Shown: one piece after another, positions 25,192-30,523 of the stretch
Layout: every line of letters begins with the position of its first letter
Numbering within the stretch: position 1 is the stretch's first letter
Source: an uncultured Syntrophothermus sp.
Lineage (GTDB): Bacteria; Bacillota; Syntrophomonadia; Syntrophomonadales; DTU052
Direction of reading: 5' to 3'
NCBI GenBank assembly: GCA_964506825.1
Contig: CAZDND010000001.1
Span: 5,676-36,198, forward strand
Length of the DNA stretch: 30,523 nucleotides
Program-made: the position numbers and the translations under genes
The notes under the pieces: model-generated
Databases searched by the model: none
Seen by the model: the letters and a program-made list of their open reading frames with translations, nothing else
Told to the model about the DNA's origin: nothing

Positions 25192-26532
25192 TTGAAAGAA
25201 TACTTGATGGAAGCGGCCCGGAAAGCAGTATCCATGGCGGCTCGGGCCGATGTGCAAGCCGAAGCCTATGTGTTGCACAGTGATGAACTGACCATAGAAG
25301 TCAGGGACGGAAGGGTAGAGACCCTTAAGAAGGCAGAAGAGATAGGGCTAGGACTGAGAGTAATCCAGAGTGCCCGCCAAGGATTCAGTTATACTACGGA
25401 TCTCAAGCCGGAATCGATCCGCGAGACCATTGCCAGGGCCTTGGATGCGGCTCGATATACGTCAGCGGACCAGCACAATGTGCTGCCGGAACCCGGTGGG
25501 AACTACCCGGTTTTGGCCACCTTTGACGAGGCGATTGAAAAAATGGATCTGGACACCAAGGTGGAAATGGCTCGACAGATAGAACTGGCGGCTCGACAAC
25601 ACGACCGCCGGGTAAAGATTATTGAAAGCTCGGGGTATGAGGATTCCCGGCACTCGGTGGCGGTAGTAAATTCCAAAGGCCTCGAAGCTTTTCAAAAAGG
25701 TTCCTTCGCGGGGATCTATATCTCCCTGATGGCAGAAGAAAATGGTGAGGTACAAACAGGATTTGCATTTGAGGCGCGCCGGGCTCTGGGAGACATCGAC
25801 CCCAAAAGGGTTGGGGAAGAGGGGGCCTACAATGCCGTTCGGCTGCTGGGTGCGCGCAGCGCTCCTTCACAGGCATTGCCCTGTATTATGGAACCTTACG
25901 TGATGACCAGCTTTTTGAGCGTCCTTTCCGGATCCCTCTGTGCCGATGCGGTACAAAAAGGAAAATCAGCCCTGGCTGGCAAAATCGGGGCGGTCATCGC
26001 CAATCAGCTGGTAAGCTTGGTGGATGACGGCACCTATGCCAACGGAATAGCTTCGTTTCCATTTGATGGCGAGGGACATCCATCGGAAAAAACCTTATTG
26101 ATCAATGAGGGCCGTCTGAATGGATTTCTGTATGATGCTTATACCGCCCACAAAGACGGGGTGACATCCACCGGCAACGGGGTCCGGGGTTCATTCCGCG
26201 GTCTTCCCGGAGTGGGTACCACCAACTTCTTCCTGATGGCAGGTTCAAAATCTCCCCAAAATCTACGGGAAGGATTGGACCGGGGTTTGTATGTGACGGA
26301 AGTGATGGGCATGCATACCGCCAATCCCATTTCCGGAGATTTTTCGGTGGGAGCCAGTGGAATCATGATCGAAAATGGTCAGCTGACTTTTCCGGTGCGA
26401 GGGATCACTATTGCCGGAAATTTATACAGCTTTCTGCAGGATATCGACGGAGTAGCCGATGATTTGAGGTTTTATGGGGGAATGGGATCACCCACAGTCA
26501 GGGTGAAATCATTGAGTATAGCTGGAGAATAA
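25192..26532 (+). CDS. pmbA: TldE/PmbA subunit
   Basis: TldD/PmbA fold without HExxxH; motifs VQKGKS, PFDGEG, STGNGVRG, HTANPISGDFSVGASG and TIAGNL. TTG 25192 follows a G-rich RBS; the ORF track start is 25159. Confidence 0.92.
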   Translation: MKEYLMEAARKAVSMAARADVQAEAYVLHSDELTIEVRDGRVETLKKAEEIGLGLRVIQSARQGFSYTTDLKPESIRETIARALDAARYTSADQHNVLPEPGGNYPVLATFDEAIEKMDLDTKVEMARQIELAARQHDRRVKIIESSGYEDSRHSVAVVNSKGLEAFQKGSFAGIYISLMAEENGEVQTGFAFEARRALGDIDPKRVGEEGAYNAVRLLGARSAPSQALPCIMEPYVMTSFLSVLSGSLCADAVQKGKSALAGKIGAVIANQLVSLVDDGTYANGIASFPFDGEGHPSEKTLLINEGRLNGFLYDAYTAHKDGVTSTGNGVRGSFRGLPGVGTTNFFLMAGSKSPQNLREGLDRGLYVTEVMGMHTANPISGDFSVGASGIMIENGQLTFPVRGITIAGNLYSFLQDIDGVADDLRFYGGMGSPTVRVKSLSIAGE

Positions 26533-26552
26533 GCGCTTGCGGGGGTGGACTG

Positions 26553-26999
26553 GTGATGAAAATTGTGGTTATAAATGGACCCAATCTAAACATGCTGGGG
26601 ACTCGGGAACCGGGCATTTATGGCATCGAATCGCTGACGGATATCGAAGGGCAAATGCGTGACCGAGCCGCAGACAAAGGCGTTGAGTTGGACTTCTATC
26701 AGTCCAATCACGAAGGCGAACTTATCGACAGAGTCCAGGAATGCCGGTTGGCTGACTGCATCATCATCAATGCCGGAGCGCTTACCCACTACAGCGTCAG
26801 TCTGCATGATGCGCTGCGGTCGGTTGATGTTCCGGTCATCGAGGTACATCTGAGCAACATTTACCAACGGGAAGAGTTCCGTCATCGCTCGCTGATATCA
26901 GCTGTGGCCGTGGGCGGCATCTTTGGTTTTGGAGCCTATAGCTACCTGTTGGCCCTTGATGCAGCCATGGCGGTTTGTGGGAGCAAAAAGATACAATGA
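26553..26999 (+). CDS. aroQ: Type II 3-dehydroquinate dehydratase
   Basis: Motifs INGPNLNMLGTREPGIYG, QSNHEGELID, INAGALTHYS and EVHLSNIYQREEFRH. Confidence 0.96.
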   Translation: MMKIVVINGPNLNMLGTREPGIYGIESLTDIEGQMRDRAADKGVELDFYQSNHEGELIDRVQECRLADCIIINAGALTHYSVSLHDALRSVDVPVIEVHLSNIYQREEFRHRSLISAVAVGGIFGFGAYSYLLALDAAMAVCGSKKIQ

Positions 27000-28045
27000 T
27001 CGATCAAAGATTACTGAAACTGCGTAAGTTGATGGAGCCGGAAGGGTTGGAGAGCCTGATGGTGACCGATCTCTTGAACATCTATTACCTGTCTGGCTTC
27101 ACTGGAGAAGGAACCCTGCTCATTACTACTGATGAACAGCACCTGGTAACTGACCGTCGTTTTACCGAGCAGGCCAGGGTTGAGGCGGGGGATTTTCAGG
27201 TCCATGATGTCCTGAATACCCATTGGTATACTCTAACCGCCAGTCAAAAGAAGGTTGGTTTTGAGAGTGCCCACATCACCTGCCAGAGATTTCAAAACCT
27301 GGTGGGGACCCTGGGGGACAAGCTTCAAGCCACCAACAACCTGGTTGAAAAACTGCGGGTTGTCAAAGACGATCAAGAGATAGCTGCGATCCGGCGGGCG
27401 GTGGAAATCGGCGACGAGGTCTTTCAGGACCTGTTGCCGGAGATTCGCCCCGGAGTCAGCGAAAAGTCTCTGGCTAATTTTATCGAATATCGACTTAAAC
27501 AAAGGGGCTGCGACCGGGAAGCCTTTGAGACCATCGCCGTTTCGGGGCAGCGATCCTCCCTGCCTCATGGGCACCCCTCCGATAAAACCTTGGAGATCGG
27601 GGATCTGCTGACCTTGGATTTCGGGGGGATATACCATAAGTATGCCGGTGACATGACCCGCACCCTGGCAGTCCGCAAGTCCTGCCCTCGCATCCGCAGC
27701 ATTTACAGCCAGGTTCTGGAGGCTCAGATGGAGGGTGTGGAGATGGTCGCTTCCGGGAGAACTTGCAGCGAGGTAGATCAGGCGGTGCGGGATGTATTTG
27801 AAAGATATGGGCTGCTGCAATATTTTGCCCATTCCACCGGCCATGGTGTCGGACTGGGAGTCCATGAAGCCCCATCGGTTTCCCAGCGCGATGAGACCAT
27901 ATTAAGTGACAACATGGTGATCACTATAGAACCAGGACTATACATCCCTGGGTGGGGAGGAGTTCGCATAGAGGATGTAGTATTAGTAAAAGGCAGCGGT
28001 CATGAAGTCCTGACCGGTACTACGAAAGACCTATTGATCATTTGA
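26996..28045 (+). CDS. Xaa-Pro aminopeptidase/dipeptidase (M24B, PapA/YqhT-like)
   Basis: Creatinase-like N domain; metal ligands in [31 protein letters not shown] and VRIED. ATG 26996 overlaps the aroQ stop; the ORF track start is 26975. Confidence 0.93.
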   Translation: MIDQRLLKLRKLMEPEGLESLMVTDLLNIYYLSGFTGEGTLLITTDEQHLVTDRRFTEQARVEAGDFQVHDVLNTHWYTLTASQKKVGFESAHITCQRFQNLVGTLGDKLQATNNLVEKLRVVKDDQEIAAIRRAVEIGDEVFQDLLPEIRPGVSEKSLANFIEYRLKQRGCDREAFETIAVSGQRSSLPHGHPSDKTLEIGDLLTLDFGGIYHKYAGDMTRTLAVRKSCPRIRSIYSQVLEAQMEGVEMVASGRTCSEVDQAVRDVFERYGLLQYFAHSTGHGVGLGVHEAPSVSQRDETILSDNMVITIEPGLYIPGWGGVRIEDVVLVKGSGHEVLTGTTKDLLII

Positions 28046-28061
28046 ATTGGAGGGGAAGAGA

Positions 28062-28619
28062 ATGATTTCCGTCAACGACTTCAAGACCGGCGTAACCGTT
28101 GAACTGGACGGAATGGCCTGGCAAGTGGTGGAGTTTCAGCATGTTAAACCTGGAAAAGGGGCAGCCTTTGTAAGGAGCAAACTCCGCAACGTGAAAACCG
28201 GATCCACGGTGGAAAAAACCTTTCGGGGTGGGGAAAAGCTGCCTAAGGCACGGCTCGACAAATCTGAGATGCAGTATCTATATAGCGCTGGTGACGAATA
28301 TTTCTTTATGGACACCCAGAGCTATGAGCAAACCGCCATCAGCAAAGAACAATTAGGCGATAGCCTCAAATGGCTGAAGGAAAACATGAACATCCAGGTG
28401 GTATCCTTTTCAGATGAAATCATCGGTTTGGAGCTTCCCAACTTTGTTGAACTGGCCGTAATCGACACCGAACCAGGAATAAAAGGGGACACGGCTTCGG
28501 GTGCTTCCAAGCATGCTACCCTGGAAACCGGCGCAGTAGTGCAGGTGCCACTGTTCATCAATATCGGAGACGTGCTCCGGATCGACACTCGCACTGGGTT
28601 TTATATGGAGAGAGCCTAG
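28062..28619 (+). CDS. efp: Elongation factor P
   Basis: [10 protein letters not shown]...[16 protein letters not shown] (Lys-type loop), [22 protein letters not shown] and IDTRTG motifs. ATG 28062 follows GGAGGGG. Confidence 0.97.
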   Translation: MISVNDFKTGVTVELDGMAWQVVEFQHVKPGKGAAFVRSKLRNVKTGSTVEKTFRGGEKLPKARLDKSEMQYLYSAGDEYFFMDTQSYEQTAISKEQLGDSLKWLKENMNIQVVSFSDEIIGLELPNFVELAVIDTEPGIKGDTASGASKHATLETGAVVQVPLFINIGDVLRIDTRTGFYMERA

Positions 28620-28644
28620 AACCAATAGCATAATCGCGACCAAT

Positions 28645-28766
28645 ATCGCAGGAAAGCGCCCTAACCGGCAGATGTCCGGGGCAGGAGCGGCTCCTGCGAT
28701 TTGCTTTGTAAATCGACATTCCTCAGATCAGACATCGGCGGCCATCAAGTAAGGCGGCGGCCTGCC
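28645..28766 (+). other. GC-rich structured intergenic segment after efp (terminator and/or unknown RNA element)
   Basis: ATCGCAGGA (28645-53) pairs with TCCTGCGAT (28692-700); alternative hairpin GCAGGAG-CGG-CTCCTGC (28681-97); inner GCC..CCGG-N7-CCGG-GGC; second stem GGCGGCC...GGCC-T-GCC (28737-66). Confidence 0.4.
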
Positions 28767-28858
28767 CTTAGTCATTCCTAACCTGTAATGTTCTACTCAA
28801 GGATTATATTATGGTGTATCATTTAATCAATGGCTAGGTGGCCGCAGCATTATAGACA

Positions 28859-28897
28859 AAGTAAGTGCTGACTTCGTCCCCGGGTATTGACGGGGAC
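28859..28897 (+). promoter_or_regulatory. Imperfect palindrome plus leader hairpin upstream of the oxidoreductase
   Basis: AAGTAAGTGCTGACTT (12 of 16 positions symmetric), then GTCCCCG-N8-CGGGGAC, about 30 nt before ATG 28927. Confidence 0.4.
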
Positions 28898-28926
28898 TCA
28901 AGAAAAAACAAATCAGGAGGGTATCA

Positions 28927-30523
28927 ATGAGCAGTTTTGAGCATCTGATGAAACCGATCCAGGTAAGGTCCATGGTAATTCCCAATCGCGTGGTTATGCC
29001 GCCTATGGGAACATTTCTAGGAAACGATGATGGAACCGTCAGCGAGGCCAGCCTGGCCTATCTAAAAAGACGGATAAAGAGCGGAGCAGGGCTGATTGTC
29101 CAGGAGATAACTTCGATTCATCCCAATGGATCAGCCAATCCAGCCCAACTGGGCATATACGATGACAAATATCTGCCCGGTTTGCGGAAGGTAACTCAGG
29201 CCGTCCATGAGCAGGGAGCGAAAATCATCGTCCAGCTGCACCATGCGGGGAGAGAAAGCCTTTACCAGCTGCAAAGGGGTACGGCTGTGGGTCCTTCGGC
29301 TTTGCCGAGCTATGTTTTCAAAATCGCCCCCCGCGAGATGAGCCTTGAGGATATCCAGGAAATCATCAAAGCCTTCGGCGATGGGGCAGTACGGGCCCGG
29401 GAGGTAGGGTATGACGGAGTAGAACTTCATGCTGCTCATGGCTACCTGCTTTCACAGTTTCTCTCGGTTCATGCCAATCAACGCCAGGATCAGTACGGGG
29501 GAGACATTATTCAAAGGGCCCGGTTTGTGATCGAAGTGCTGGATGAAGTACGCCGTCGGGTAGGGGATGATTATCCGATTTCCATCCGCTTGTCAGTGGA
29601 TGAAGAGATCAAGGGCGGCTACAAAGCTGAGGATATGCAGTTGGTGGTGCCGGAACTGGTCAAGCATGGCTGCGATATGATCAGCGCTTCCTTTGGGACC
29701 CATGGCAGTCCGGCAGGGATTACTCAGGCACCAATCGAGTATCCTCAGGGATTCAACGTAATCCTGGCCCGTAAAATGAAAGAAGTTGTGGATATTCCGG
29801 TAGTCGGGGTAGGGCGGTTCACGGACCCAGCCTTTGCCGATGAATGCATAGCCCGGGGCGATGCTGATCTGATCGCTTTTGGACGCCAGCATCTGTCGGA
29901 CCCGGATTTCTTGAAAAACGCCCTTGAAGGGCACCCCGAGGATACCATTCAGTGTCTGGCCTGCAACCAGGGGTGTTTCGAAAGACTCCTTATTGAAAGC
30001 GGTACGATCCGCTGTGCTATCAATCCCGAGACCGGTCAGGAACTGGTCTATCCCGCCGGCCCTGCAGAAGTCAGCCGCAAGGTCATGGTTATTGGCGGTG
30101 GCCCGGCTGGTTTGACGGCTGCTTATGAAGCAGCTCGTCTGGGACACAGTGTGACCCTCTATGAAAAGGACGAGCAGCTAGGCGGCCAGGTGAGATTTGC
30201 GGGGATGGTTCCTCATAAAGAAGCCTATGGAAAATGGATCAGCGGACTGGCTGTAAGAACCGCCAAAAAAGGTGCAGTGCTTAAGACCGGAACCGAGGTT
30301 ACTCCCGAAATGATCAGGGCCAGCGACGCGGAATCCGTGATCTTGGCCACCGGCGGCAAGAAGACTGTTCCGCAGATACCCGGTTCCAACCAGGATAATG
30401 TGGTCGATGCCCTGGATATTCTGGAGGGCAAGGTAAGCCCCGGGGAACATATCTTGATTATCGGTGGCGGACTGGTAGGGATGGAAACGGCTGATTTCCT
30501 GGTGGACAAAGGCATAAAGGATG
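28927..30523 (+). CDS. NADH:flavin oxidoreductase, OYE family with Fe-S and FAD domains (FadH/BaiCD/enoate-reductase-like), 3'-partial
   Basis: Absent from the ORF track because no stop lies in the window. RBS AGGAGG; MSSFEHLMKPI...PNRVVMPPMG, QLHHAGR, GVELHAAHGYLLSQFLS..ANQRQDQYGG, IAFGRQHLSDP, CLACNQGC...CAINP (4Fe-4S), VIGGGPAG, IIGGGLVGMETADFL. The frame is still in register at 30481. Confidence 0.93.
   Translation, partial: MSSFEHLMKPIQVRSMVIPNRVVMPPMGTFLGNDDGTVSEASLAYLKRRIKSGAGLIVQEITSIHPNGSANPAQLGIYDDKYLPGLRKVTQAVHEQGAKIIVQLHHAGRESLYQLQRGTAVGPSALPSYVFKIAPREMSLEDIQEIIKAFGDGAVRAREVGYDGVELHAAHGYLLSQFLSVHANQRQDQYGGDIIQRARFVIEVLDEVRRRVGDDYPISIRLSVDEEIKGGYKAEDMQLVVPELVKHGCDMISASFGTHGSPAGITQAPIEYPQGFNVILARKMKEVVDIPVVGVGRFTDPAFADECIARGDADLIAFGRQHLSDPDFLKNALEGHPEDTIQCLACNQGCFERLLIESGTIRCAINPETGQELVYPAGPAEVSRKVMVIGGGPAGLTAAYEAARLGHSVTLYEKDEQLGGQVRFAGMVPHKEAYGKWISGLAVRTAKKGAVLKTGTEVTPEMIRASDAESVILATGGKKTVPQIPGSNQDNVVDALDILEGKVSPGEHILIIGGGLVGMETADFLVDKGIKD

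Noticed and set aside
1464-30515. Many antisense and nested ORFs in the track (e.g. 1464-2090, 24147-24767, 27233-27865, 29593-30147)
   Set aside because: All shadow well-supported genes on the other strand or frame and show no protein motifs.
1-30523. CRISPR arrays, tRNA/rRNA genes, transposases, integrases or phage genes
   Set aside because: No regularly spaced repeats, tRNA-like T-loop motifs or mobile-element ORFs were seen by eye; a formal scan was not run.

Overview
Mostly core chromosomal DNA from an anaerobic Firmicutes (Bacillota) bacterium. A Syntrophomonadaceae/Peptococcaceae-like origin is inferred from gene content and order and is not proven. Order: (1) housekeeping block of a 5'-partial aldo/keto reductase with 2x[4Fe-4S], ruvX, DUF1292, VanW/G5 protein, mltG, U32 protein and DUF4911; (2) a convergent acyl-CoA:acetate CoA-transferase gene split by a frameshift, plus an atypical Gre-family factor with a hairpin in its leader; (3) a 664-aa DivIVA-transmembrane-ankyrin fusion directly upstream of a prepilin peptidase; (4) a type IV pilus/competence-like cluster (pilD, five pilin-like genes, pilB, pilC, pilMNO, no pilT) interleaved with shikimate genes (aroE, aroC, aroK, aroB, aroQ), then tldD/tldE, an Xaa-Pro peptidase and efp; (5) a 3'-partial OYE-family NADH:flavin oxidoreductase that the ORF track omits. 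I saw no CRISPR array, tRNA/rRNA or transposase. The most novel candidates are the DivIVA-TM-ankyrin protein as a possible pole-localising factor for the adjacent pilus, a short pilin with a Cys3-His metal-site signature, and the Gre paralog with its leader hairpin. All calls come from motif recognition by eye; no searches were run.
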